A model generated the notes under the pieces. The model made no database searches. It had not been told where the DNA came from and worked only from the letters and a program-made list of their open reading frames with translations. This document shows positions 26,301 through 35,148 of a stretch of 64,000 nt of DNA, piece by piece. Source of the DNA: Parcubacteria group bacterium LiPW_30 (GTDB lineage: Bacteria > Patescibacteriota > Minisyncoccia > Phycocordibacterales > VMEP01); the NCBI GenBank assembly GCA_007375595.1, contig VMEP01000001.1, forward strand, positions 415,184 through 479,183, read 5' to 3'. Position numbers and translations under genes: made by a program. How positions within the stretch are numbered: the first letter of the stretch is position 1; every line of letters starts with the position of its first letter.

Positions 26301-26483
26301 ATGAGCAGTAACATTATCAAACAACATTTAGCAGAGATGGTAAAAGACAAGAAACTGGATGCCGAGTTCATCCAGCTTTTGTCTGGTTCGAACGACAACA
26401 ACGAGGAAGGCAGAGATACTGCTATAAAGATTCTGTTTGCGATAAAAAAACGCTATGTTGAAAGTAAAAAAGATAACTCTTAG
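26301..26483 (+). CDS. small hypothetical protein (60 aa) inside the putative defense operon
   Basis: GAGGAG RBS 9 nt upstream of ATG at 26301. Overlaps the next gene by 29 nt. Helical, charged. Confidence 0.35.
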   Translation: MSSNIIKQHLAEMVKDKKLDAEFIQLLSGSNDNNEEGRDTAIKILFAIKKRYVESKKDNS

Positions 26484-28902
26484 TGGCTTCCGAGGGATTC
26501 TCAAACCTCAAGACCTAATCCTTACAGAAAAAGGAGACTCAAATCCGCACTCACTTGTTTTGTACGGACTCAATAGTTCTGGTAAAACTTCTTTCGTTGA
26601 CGGCATTGAGTGGTTTTTATCCGAAGAGAATAAGGTTGAATGGCTCACGCGTGAAGATGCCGAAGAGAAAGCCTACCCCCATTTAGCAGCCGACTCCAAA
26701 AAGGTTGAGAGCTTTGTAGAGTTGCAGTTCAATGACACAGACAAAAAGTTAGATTCTCTTCGCAAGACATACAGTCACAAAAAGATAACGCAACCCACAC
26801 TATCGTCCGAGAGTGATTTTGAAAACGTTTATAAGGTGTTCGTGATAAAGCCTTATCTTCGTTATCTGGAAGTTATAGATTTCGTTTATAACCACACGGG
26901 GCTAAAGAAGTATCAAAGGCTCGCGAATTGGATGGGATTTGAAAGTGAGCAGGCATTTCAAGAAAAGCTCGCCCTAAAGATACTCCCAGAGCTGAAAAGA
27001 AGAAAAGAAGAGTTATCAAATACCGTCGAAACTCTCGGCAGTCATCTATCGCGACTGACAGGAAGCAGCGACATATCGGAAATAGAGATTTTGAGAGTAA
27101 GTAATGGGATTTTAGCCTTGCATAAAATCGCCGAAAAGAAGAACGTTAGTGAGCTTATGGATTACATTCCAGAGTTTGCAAAGCTCCGTGCTATCTCCTC
27201 TGTAGGAATCACGGTAGATAAACTTACCCAAGCAGAAACCAATATTAGCTTGTTTGCTATAAATAAGACACTTCTTGAATCTCTTGCGGATGCAAAGAAA
27301 AAAGTTGATGACTTTAGTAAAGAACTAAAGAAAATTGAACAGATTAATGTCATCGGACTCTACGATCAGGCTTTAGAGGTTTTGAATAAGCAAACAGAGT
27401 CGGCAACTGTTTGTCCTGTATGCGGCACCAGTTGGAAGAAAGATGAGCTGGTAAAACATATCCAAGACGAACTGGGGTTACTCACAAAGGTAAAAGAAGA
27501 CAAAGAAGCGCTTGAGCTAACAGTTAGTCGACTCAAATCGGCAGTAAGAACTGAAATAACCGCAACAGAGAGACTGGTTTCAAAATACGATGACGTTCAA
27601 AAAATAATTCCAGTTCTTACATACGAAAAGGTAAAATCGTATAAAGATGCTCTGTCCATAATGGAGAGCGGTTGGCTAACTAAACCTCTGGGCAGTAATA
27701 CTGAAATAACACTCACACAGGAACTTCGCGACCAGAGTGAAGAAGAGCAGCAACAAATACTAAAGACCATCACTGCTGAAAAGACGAAGATTCAGCCATC
27801 AGAGAAAGACATCAAGATTGCAGAGGATATTGAAAAACTGACTCAAATACGGACGAAGCTCATAGAAGTCAAAGATGCCGAAGCTGAACGGGAGTTTACG
27901 GAAAAGGAGATTGAAAAGTTCATTGCAGTAAGCAATAAGCTCGTCACTTTGATTCAAGAGAACATCAAGTCTCGATTCAATGAGATTTCCGAGCGCATTG
28001 GCAAATACTTTTCAATTTTGAGGAACGATAAAGATATAAAAAACATCGAGATTGTCTTGAACGAAGAAAAAGGACGTGCGGCGGGGCGTTCAGCAGAGAT
28101 ACAGCTCCACTACTACGATGTGACCGTAAAGCCCGCCTATAAAGTTTTGAGTGAGTCATTGTTAAACAGTTTGGGGTTGGCGGTGTATTTCACCTGCATC
28201 AAGCAGTTCAATCAGGACTGCAAGTTTATAGTGCTTGACGATATAATGAACAGCCTCGACATAGATAAAAGAGACACACTACTTGATTTGATTGAGCAGG
28301 AGTTCGGTGATTATCAGGTTATTCTTTTCACACACGATTATTATTGGTTTCAAAAGATATTGAGACGATTTCCAAAATGGATACGAAAGAAAATAAAAAG
28401 TTGGGGCTACGAAACAGGCGCCCTTATTGATGTTGCTGCAACAACTCAAGGAGAGATTGAGGAATGTCTGGCGGATGCAACCAAGATTGAGGATGCTGGC
28501 TGGAAACTCGGAAGATATGTTGAGAGCACGCTAAACGAGTTTTGCGAGAATCTGTGGGCAAAAGTTCGCTACCGCTATACAAAGAACGACCCGCCCGCAA
28601 TGGAAGAGCTATTTGATGCACTGTGCGGGCGCCTAAAAGACAAGCTGAACGAACACCCAGTAGTAAAACAAATACAGGAGGCTAAAAAATATGAACCTAT
28701 ACTGCGCAATTTTGTGTCTCACGCAAGAACAAATAGTGGCTCTACGGTTTCGCCTCAAGAGATAAAACGAGCAGCGAAAGAATGGTTCAAACTTGAGAGT
28801 CAACTTTGGTGTAACGACTGTAGTCAATTCGTTGAATATCATAAAACCAAATCGTCAATCGAATGTCACTGCGGGAAGTTGAAACTGGAGAAAGTAAAAT
28901 GA
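26455..28902 (+). CDS. Rad50/SbcC/RloC-like ABC ATPase with coiled-coil zinc hook and C-terminal extra domain
   Basis: N-terminal ITLSGFRGI..LYGLNSSGKTSFVDGIEW (Walker A). Roughly 500 aa of coiled coil containing a CxxC hook (TVCPVCGTSW, ~res 320). Walker B/D-loop FIVLDDIMNSLD. H-loop ILFTHD. Then a ~190-aa C-terminal domain ending in a C-x2-C..C-x-C ribbon. Confidence 0.8.
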   Translation: MLKVKKITLSGFRGILKPQDLILTEKGDSNPHSLVLYGLNSSGKTSFVDGIEWFLSEENKVEWLTREDAEEKAYPHLAADSKKVESFVELQFNDTDKKLDSLRKTYSHKKITQPTLSSESDFENVYKVFVIKPYLRYLEVIDFVYNHTGLKKYQRLANWMGFESEQAFQEKLALKILPELKRRKEELSNTVETLGSHLSRLTGSSDISEIEILRVSNGILALHKIAEKKNVSELMDYIPEFAKLRAISSVGITVDKLTQAETNISLFAINKTLLESLADAKKKVDDFSKELKKIEQINVIGLYDQALEVLNKQTESATVCPVCGTSWKKDELVKHIQDELGLLTKVKEDKEALELTVSRLKSAVRTEITATERLVSKYDDVQKIIPVLTYEKVKSYKDALSIMESGWLTKPLGSNTEITLTQELRDQSEEEQQQILKTITAEKTKIQPSEKDIKIAEDIEKLTQIRTKLIEVKDAEAEREFTEKEIEKFIAVSNKLVTLIQENIKSRFNEISERIGKYFSILRNDKDIKNIEIVLNEEKGRAAGRSAEIQLHYYDVTVKPAYKVLSESLLNSLGLAVYFTCIKQFNQDCKFIVLDDIMNSLDIDKRDTLLDLIEQEFGDYQVILFTHDYYWFQKILRRFPKWIRKKIKSWGYETGALIDVAATTQGEIEECLADATKIEDAGWKLGRYVESTLNEFCENLWAKVRYRYTKNDPPAMEELFDALCGRLKDKLNEHPVVKQIQEAKKYEPILRNFVSHARTNSGSTVSPQEIKRAAKEWFKLESQLWCNDCSQFVEYHKTKSSIECHCGKLKLEKVK

Positions 28903-29378
28903 CCTGGTATCAAAAGACGTTAAAGAAATACGGGAAAGAAATCCTGACAGGGGCAATCTTTTCTGTTATCTGTACACTCGCATTCCTACTCTGGATTTAT
29001 GGAATGGGTAAGACGTTCACATGGACAGATATCAGTCCAATAGATCCGCCTTCAATCTTTGTCAGATTTCTCTATAGCGCTCTTACATTTGTCACCTTAG
29101 GGCGAATTTTGTATGTCACAGGCTTTTACAAAGCCTTGTATCAAATCATTGGCGATTGGCAGTCATTCAAGGAGGCGAAAGTAATTATTTGGTTATTACT
29201 TATGGGCGCTATGTTCTTCGTGATTGTTCCTACTATCGTAGATATACTCAATGGCATTCTCTCAGTCGGATATAACTTGTTCGCTTTGATACTTTACGCA
29301 TTTCCACCAGTAGGCGTCTCATTAATCTTTTTTGTATTTTACTTCTATTTCAAAAGGAAACTCCGACCGATATCCTAA
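28899..29378 (+). CDS. 4-TM membrane protein translationally coupled to the ABC ATPase
   Basis: ATG overlaps the ATPase TGA (ATGA). Four predicted TM helices. No known domain. Confidence 0.6.
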   Translation: MTWYQKTLKKYGKEILTGAIFSVICTLAFLLWIYGMGKTFTWTDISPIDPPSIFVRFLYSALTFVTLGRILYVTGFYKALYQIIGDWQSFKEAKVIIWLLLMGAMFFVIVPTIVDILNGILSVGYNLFALILYAFPPVGVSLIFFVFYFYFKRKLRPIS

Positions 29379-29412
29379 GGGGACTGTTATTTTTATCACT
29401 TTTTATAAAACT

Positions 29413-29874
29413 ATGAAATATTTTGCTTACGGATCAAATATGCTGCAGGGTCGTCTTGAAGACCAAAAGAATGTTCGAGACGAAAGCATTGGCTCGGTTC
29501 AGGACATAGGAACAGCTAGTCTGCCAGATTATCGATTGGTTTTTAATAAAATCGGTAAGAAGGATGGAATAAGTGGTAAGGCGAATATAGTTCAAGAGCA
29601 AGGCGCAGAGACACTAGGAGTTGTGTATGAATTGTCCAATGAGCAAATCAATCTTTTGGATAGTATTGAGGGAAAGGGCTACAAAAGAATTCCAGTTGGT
29701 ATTAATTTCAATGGCGAACAGCTTGAGATTGATACTTATGTTGCTCAAGCTAATAGTGTTCAAGAAGGACTATCACCAACAAGAGAGTATTTGAACTTTG
29801 TAATTCAAGGCGCTGTAATTCATGGCTTTCCAGAAGCGTACGTTTCGTTCCTCAGATCTATCAAAGTTCAATAA
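29413..29874 (+). CDS. gamma-glutamyl cyclotransferase-like (AIG2/GGCT fold) protein
   Basis: MKYFAYGSNM..RL N-terminal signature (YGSN motif) and catalytic Glu candidate (GVVYEL). 35 nt downstream of the membrane-protein gene. Confidence 0.65.
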   Translation: MKYFAYGSNMLQGRLEDQKNVRDESIGSVQDIGTASLPDYRLVFNKIGKKDGISGKANIVQEQGAETLGVVYELSNEQINLLDSIEGKGYKRIPVGINFNGEQLEIDTYVAQANSVQEGLSPTREYLNFVIQGAVIHGFPEAYVSFLRSIKVQ

Positions 29875-29963
29875 TTAGGGGCGCACGAGACGCGTCGTTC
29901 TGATAAACTAAGATTAGTAAAGGCTATTACAAGTAACATCAAAACGATAAAAGAAAAGTGATC

Positions 29964-30009
29964 AAAAACCTTGTGGGGCTTGATGGTATAATTTATGAGA
30001 CCGAGGGGG
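29964..30009 (+). promoter_or_regulatory. conserved promoter-like module P (copy C)
   Basis: aaaaaccttgtggggcttgatggTATAATttatgagaccgaggggg. A fourth partial copy, aaaaagccttgtgtgg, lies at 30558-30573. Confidence 0.5.
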
Positions 30010-30035
30010 TCAGTAAATTATCGTAGAATAATATA

Positions 30036-30482
30036 ATGAATGAAATAACACTTCACAATCAATGGGTCGTTAAAGCTCCGATAGATGACGTATTCAGAAT
30101 AATGACCGACTTTGAAAAATTTCCAGAACATTTTCCAAAGGTTGCCGAGGTGGTAGAGATTAAAAAGCGGGAAGGAGACTATCTCGAGATAGAAGCAATA
30201 GTAAGATCCTTCGGTAAAAAATTTCAGGTGAAAATGAAGACTCGAATTCTTCCGGGGAAAGGATTCATCTCAGATAATGATAGCTATCAGTTTGGGACTT
30301 CTGGACATGAAGAGGTGTTGTTATCTCCACACGCCGAAGGAACTTTGATTGACTATACCTATCAAGTCACTATTCATAAAAAATGGCTACGTATAGTTGC
30401 TGTGCCACTATTACGCTGGTATTCGATGAAATACTGGGAAAAAGCAGTTATTCAGGAGCTTAAAAAGATTCTGGAGAAATAA
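30036..30482 (+). CDS. SRPBCC (START/Bet v1/polyketide-cyclase-like) family protein
   Basis: W.V.APIDDVFRIMTDFEKFPEHFP N-terminal signature of the polyketide_cyc2 / SRPBCC fold. Confidence 0.65.
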   Translation: MNEITLHNQWVVKAPIDDVFRIMTDFEKFPEHFPKVAEVVEIKKREGDYLEIEAIVRSFGKKFQVKMKTRILPGKGFISDNDSYQFGTSGHEEVLLSPHAEGTLIDYTYQVTIHKKWLRIVAVPLLRWYSMKYWEKAVIQELKKILEK

Positions 30483-30590
30483 AAATGGGTGCAACCATAA
30501 CTACAAATATGTAGGTTTCAAAGAGTGGTAAAATAAAAATTTTAGAATAAAAATAATAAAAAGCCTTGTGTGGTTTTTGAAAAATAAAGT

Positions 30591-30842
30591 ATGGTTAAAA
30601 AAGAAATTGCTACTGGTACGATACATAAATTACCTGATGATTTAAAAAAGGCGCTTCTTTCCGCACCGCAGTCGCTAGTAACATGGGAAGAAACCACACC
30701 GCTTGCACGCAATGAATGGATTTGTTGGGTTACATCGGGTAAAAAAGCGGAGACGAGAAATATTCGTATTGAAAAAGCTCTTTCAAAGCTTAAGGGTGGA
30801 ATGCGTAGACCTTGTTGCTGGGCGGGCTGTACTCATCGCTAG
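30591..30842 (+). CDS. YdeI/OmpD-associated family protein
   Basis: LPDDLKKAL...P.....W..TTPLARNEWICWVTSGKKAETRNIRIEKAL matches the YdeI_OmpD-associated pattern (..rrey..WI..AKK.ETR..RI). Confidence 0.6.
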   Translation: MVKKEIATGTIHKLPDDLKKALLSAPQSLVTWEETTPLARNEWICWVTSGKKAETRNIRIEKALSKLKGGMRRPCCWAGCTHR

Positions 30843-30917
30843 AATTAACACTCGTAATTTGTGATAAAGAAGTTGGTTATCTAACATTTTGGTTATAACT
30901 TTCGTTATAACGTCTAT

Positions 30918-31238
30918 ATGAAGAAATCATTTCTATACGCATCATCGGCTATTTTATATATTGTCGGTTTAGTTTCTCTTGTGAATCTTGCGGTTCATGC
31001 TCTACAAGATAAACCAGAAACTATACTCATTCCGATGACCATGTTGAGTTTGTTTGTATTATCGGCATCTATCATGGGATTTTTGTTTTTATCTGAACCG
31101 CTAAGTCTGCTTATAGAAAACAAAAAGCACGAGGCTGTTGTTTGCTTTGCCCAAATTGTCGGATTCTTTGCCTGTTTTGTCGCCCTTTTTATACTTTTAC
31201 TTTTCTTCAGTCCAATTCCTTTCCCGCAGGGTTTTTAG
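30918..31238 (+). CDS. small membrane protein (3 TM), hypothetical
   Basis: Hydrophobic 106-aa ORF. Confidence 0.45.
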   Translation: MKKSFLYASSAILYIVGLVSLVNLAVHALQDKPETILIPMTMLSLFVLSASIMGFLFLSEPLSLLIENKKHEAVVCFAQIVGFFACFVALFILLLFFSPIPFPQGF

Positions 31239-31276
31239 AAAGTACATCAGACTAGAACTTTGATATAATAGTTTTA

Positions 31277-31411
31277 ATGAAAGTATATATTGCTGCGCCG
31301 TTATTCAACGAGTTTGAAAAAAATCGCAATGTCGAAATAAGTGAGTATTTGAATAGTGTAGGCATTTATACTTATTTACCCCAGAAAGACGAAAAAATCT
31401 ATATTTTTTGA
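31277..31411 (+). pseudogene. N-terminal remnant (44 codons) of a nucleoside 2-deoxyribosyltransferase-family gene
   Basis: MKVYIAAPLFNEFEKNRNVEISEYLNSVGIYTYLPQKDE matches the Rcl/NDT N-terminus (YlAGPlF..e......l...L...g..v.lPq.d). The ORF stops after 44 codons, whereas full-length proteins are ~140-160 aa. Confidence 0.45.
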
Positions 31412-31459
31412 TAAAATGTAAAAAGTATTAAAATAAGTAATAATCTTTAATGTATAAAA

Positions 31460-32152
31460 ATGTTTAATTTTACTTCAAAAATTCAAAAAGTTATTGCGAT
31501 TAACGACCTTAATGTGCGTATCGGTGAACCTTCAACAACAGCGAGTTCGTCTCCATTCCCGAAAGGAACAATTTTCGACGTTATAGGGTTTATTTCTAAT
31601 GGAGACACCGTACGAGAAAATTCTGTTTGGTATAAGTGTGATAATGGTAGTTATCTTTGGTCTGGTAACGTCAAAGTGATTGACGATGTACAAAAAATAT
31701 TAACTTCCCCTCTCCCGTATTTAGTTTGTACTCAAAAGTTTGGGGAACGCCCTGAGGTATATAAAAATTACGGATCTCCAAAGGGGCATAATGGACTTGA
31801 TTTTCGCACGTGGGTAAATAATGATCCGCATAATTTCAAGCAAGATGTTTTCTCTGTTTTAGATGGTAAAGTAACTGAGGCAGATTTTGATCAGGTATTT
31901 AAGGGGAACTTTATTCGTATAAAACATGAGAAATATGAATCAATTTACCTTCATTTATCTCGCCTAGATGTGAAAAGTGGAGATCTAGTAAAAGCAGGAC
32001 AACAGATTGGAAAGGCAGGGAACACGGGGTCAGTTAGCGAAGCCCCACATTTACATTTTGGAGTTCGCCCAATTAACTTTGATAAAAATAATGGCTATAT
32101 GGGGTATATAGATCCTAGTCTTCTTTTTGTCGATGAAATAAAATATGTGTAA
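31460..32152 (+). CDS. M23 family metallopeptidase with N-terminal SH3b-like domain (peptidoglycan hydrolase)
   Basis: HNGLDF...H.H (HLHFGVRP) LytM/M23 motifs. N-terminal SH3b-like GTIFDVIGFISNGDTVRENSVWYKCDNGSYLW. Confidence 0.85.
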   Translation: MFNFTSKIQKVIAINDLNVRIGEPSTTASSSPFPKGTIFDVIGFISNGDTVRENSVWYKCDNGSYLWSGNVKVIDDVQKILTSPLPYLVCTQKFGERPEVYKNYGSPKGHNGLDFRTWVNNDPHNFKQDVFSVLDGKVTEADFDQVFKGNFIRIKHEKYESIYLHLSRLDVKSGDLVKAGQQIGKAGNTGSVSEAPHLHFGVRPINFDKNNGYMGYIDPSLLFVDEIKYV

Positions 32153-32201
32153 TTCATGTTTTTGGTATTGATAACTATTTTTGAGATAACACAAAAATCA
32201 T

Positions 32202-32666
32202 ATGTCTTTAGAAGAAACACCTATAGAAAAAAATAAACACGAAGTAATGGAAAGCACAGAAGAAGAGTCTGATGTGATTGAGCGTTATGTTGATATTAGG
32301 GCAGAAGTTTTTCGTGTAGATATGACAAGAGAAGAAAGAAGTGATTTTGCTCAAAAAATTATTGACGTTGTAAAAAGTTTAAATGAATCAAAAAATATAG
32401 ACTCGTCTTTTAGGGAAGAAATACTACAGCAAATAAAAGCTGTAGAAGAACAATATTTGGCATTTAGAAAAGCAGTGGAACTGGTTAAACAATTAGAAAG
32501 AGAAAGCCGTGGTGGAATTCTTGTTCCTAATTTGTATGAACAAGCTGTGGAGGCTGGTAAAAAAGCAATTGAGGCTGGCGTTCCTGCCGATAACCTTAAT
32601 TCACTACGTGAAATTCTCAATGAATATTTGGCGACGGTAAGAAGGTTGGCAACGGGTCAAAAGTAA
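32202..32666 (+). CDS. hypothetical acidic coiled-coil protein
   Basis: 154-aa ORF, helical, no motif. Confidence 0.5.
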   Translation: MSLEETPIEKNKHEVMESTEEESDVIERYVDIRAEVFRVDMTREERSDFAQKIIDVVKSLNESKNIDSSFREEILQQIKAVEEQYLAFRKAVELVKQLERESRGGILVPNLYEQAVEAGKKAIEAGVPADNLNSLREILNEYLATVRRLATGQK

Positions 32667-32699
32667 AATAAAAAAAGATACTCGTTAGGAAAAAATAAA

Positions 32700-34619
32700 A
32701 TGGAACACGACCACTCAAATCATCACAAACAACCAGAATCACACAATAAACACGACGGGCATAATACAGTAGATTTTTTAAAGAAGTTTTGGATCTCTTT
32801 AGTTATTACCATACCCATCTTTTTTTATTCTGAGATGGCAAAAGAGGTTTTTAATATTCGTGGTCCCGAGTTTGATGGCTGGCAATATGTTCTGCTTGTT
32901 CTCGGATCAATTATTTATTTTTATTGTGGTTTAACATTTCTTCAAGGTGCTTATCGTGAATTAAAAGAACGTTTGCCTGGGATGATGGTACTTATTTTTA
33001 TCGCCGTTACATCTGCGTATGCGTATAGTGTCTTCTCAATATTTTTTGGGGGAATGCATGATTTGATGTTTGAGCTTGCTTCACTTATCACAATTATGCT
33101 CCTTGGTCATTGGATAGAGATGAAGTCGGTTATGGGCGCTCAGGGGGCTCTTAAAGAACTATCAAAGCTTTTGCCTGATAAAGCAGAAGTTTTTAGTGGT
33201 AACACAATTATGGTCGTCCCTCTTTCTCAACTTAAGGTTGGTGATATCGTGTTAATCAGACCTGGTTCTAAAGTTCCCACTGATGGAAAAGTTATTGAAG
33301 GTCAGTCAAGCGTAAACGAAGCTATTTTAACAGGAGAATCAAAACCTGTTCATAAAAATATCGGTAGTGCAGTTATTGCTGGTTCAATCAACGGCGAAGG
33401 AAGTCTTAAAGTGGAGGTTGGTAGTATTGGAGAAAAAACATTTCTCGCGGGGGTAATGCGGTTGGTCGCAGAAGCACAGGCTTCAAAATCACGTCTACAA
33501 ATACTTTCGGATCGAGCTGCTTTCTATCTTACTATAATCGCTATTGTTGGAGGTGGAATTACTTTTGTCGCGTGGCTAGCAGTTGGGGCTGGGACTATAA
33601 CTGCGGTAGAGCGTTTAGTTGCTGTTTTGGTTATTACTTGTCCTCACGCACTCGGATTGGCTGTTCCATTAGTAGCGTCAATTTCTACAACAATGGCGGC
33701 GCGAAATGGCCTTTTGGTTCGTGAACGAATAGCTCTTGAAGAAGCTCGAAAGATTGACGTGGTGTTATTTGATAAAACAGGAACACTCACGAAAGGTGAA
33801 TTTGGCGTTGTTTCCGTGACTTCTGATGAAGTGCTCGCGCTTGCCGCTGCCGTTGAAACGCACTCCGAACATCCGATTGGCAAGGCAATTTTAAAAGAAG
33901 CCCAAAAAAGAAATCTTCAGATTGGAGAGATGCGTGATTTTAAAACAATCGCTGGAATAGGAGCGGAAGCAAACGTTGATGGAGACACAGTGTTTGTTGG
34001 GCACCGTGGTGGCCGAGATATAGTTGTTGAAAAAAACGGTGAACAAGTGGGTGCGATAATAGTTGCCGATGTTGTTCGCCCCGAAGCAAAAGAAGCAGTA
34101 TTAAAACTTAAACAAGCTGGACTTTCTGTTTCAATGATTACTGGAGATTCAGAGGAGGTTGCAAAAGAGGTTGCAGAAGAACTTGGTATTGATGAATATT
34201 TTGCACGAGTTCATCCGGGAGATAAATCTGAAAAAGTTAAGTTGCTTCAAAGCAACGGTCGCAAGGTCGCGATGGTTGGTGACGGGGTAAACGATGCGCC
34301 AGCTCTTGTTCAAGCAAATCTTGGAATTGCTATTGGAGCAGGAACGAATGTTGCTATTGAATCTGCGGGAATAATTCTTGTAAAAAATGATCCGCGAGAT
34401 ATTTCAAAAATATTTAATTTATCAAGACTTACTTATAATAAAATGGTTCAAAATCTATTTTGGGCAACTGGTTATAATGTGGTTGCGATTCCGCTTGCGG
34501 CGGGAGCGCTAGCTTCAAACGGCATTATATTGCAACCATGGCTCGCAGCAGTGTTTATGTCTGTCTCTACAGTTATCGTGGCTATTAACGCTATGTTTCT
34601 TCGCAACAAAATATTATAA
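32700..34619 (+). CDS. P1B-type heavy-metal (copper, CopB-like) transporting ATPase
   Basis: His-rich N-terminus MEHDHSNHHKQPESHNKHDGHN. CPH metal-binding motif in TM6 (ITCPHAL). DKTGTLT phosphorylation site, GDGVNDAPAL hinge. Confidence 0.9.
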   Translation: MEHDHSNHHKQPESHNKHDGHNTVDFLKKFWISLVITIPIFFYSEMAKEVFNIRGPEFDGWQYVLLVLGSIIYFYCGLTFLQGAYRELKERLPGMMVLIFIAVTSAYAYSVFSIFFGGMHDLMFELASLITIMLLGHWIEMKSVMGAQGALKELSKLLPDKAEVFSGNTIMVVPLSQLKVGDIVLIRPGSKVPTDGKVIEGQSSVNEAILTGESKPVHKNIGSAVIAGSINGEGSLKVEVGSIGEKTFLAGVMRLVAEAQASKSRLQILSDRAAFYLTIIAIVGGGITFVAWLAVGAGTITAVERLVAVLVITCPHALGLAVPLVASISTTMAARNGLLVRERIALEEARKIDVVLFDKTGTLTKGEFGVVSVTSDEVLALAAAVETHSEHPIGKAILKEAQKRNLQIGEMRDFKTIAGIGAEANVDGDTVFVGHRGGRDIVVEKNGEQVGAIIVADVVRPEAKEAVLKLKQAGLSVSMITGDSEEVAKEVAEELGIDEYFARVHPGDKSEKVKLLQSNGRKVAMVGDGVNDAPALVQANLGIAIGAGTNVAIESAGIILVKNDPRDISKIFNLSRLTYNKMVQNLFWATGYNVVAIPLAAGALASNGIILQPWLAAVFMSVSTVIVAINAMFLRNKIL

Positions 34620-34683
34620 CCATATCTTTGGCCGGATATATTTAACCAAAAAACAAAAAAGAGACCTTTAGTTCGGTCTCTTT

Positions 34684-35046
34684 TCAAGCCGCCTTTCGGT
34701 CGGCCCTTTCTCTTTCTCTATCCTCTTTTTCCCACTCACGTCTCATTTCTTCTTCAAGGTCTCGGAGACGTTCTGGGTATTCAGGGTAGTGGCGTTTTTC
34801 TACCCACACGTGACTTTTTTCTCCGTTTTGTTTCGATACGTAGACATAAGCCTCGTAGTAATCGCCAGGGCTTATGGATTCGTTGCAGTACGAGCAGTCG
34901 TGGTGTTGCCATGCGATTCGATCGTAACGACGGAGAAGACGAGTGTAGTTTCTGTATGATCGGTCATTGGCCTCAGATGGAGAATCCCAGCTTTGGATAT
35001 CTACACGAAGTGGTTTTGCCACTTCATGCAAAATGATTTCATGCAT
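34684..35046 (-). CDS. hypothetical protein (GC-rich ORFan)
   Basis: 120 aa, ~50% GC, C-terminal charged ERERADRK tail. No motif. Confidence 0.4.
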   Translation of the reverse strand: MHEIILHEVAKPLRVDIQSWDSPSEANDRSYRNYTRLLRRYDRIAWQHHDCSYCNESISPGDYYEAYVYVSKQNGEKSHVWVEKRHYPEYPERLRDLEEEMRREWEKEDRERERADRKAA

Positions 35047-35148
35047 GGTGGCTACTCCTAAAAAGAACGAAACTGTTCGAAAAACACTTTACCACAACAT
35101 CAGAAATTTAAAATTATGAAGAATCCCGCCGAGTATCGGCGGGATGGT

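Noticed and set aside
34620-34683. Possible terminator or regulatory element after copB
   Set aside because: Only a weak A/T-rich stretch with a short imperfect hairpin (aagagacctttagttcggtctctttt), which likely serves as a bidirectional terminator. Not distinctive enough to report as a feature.
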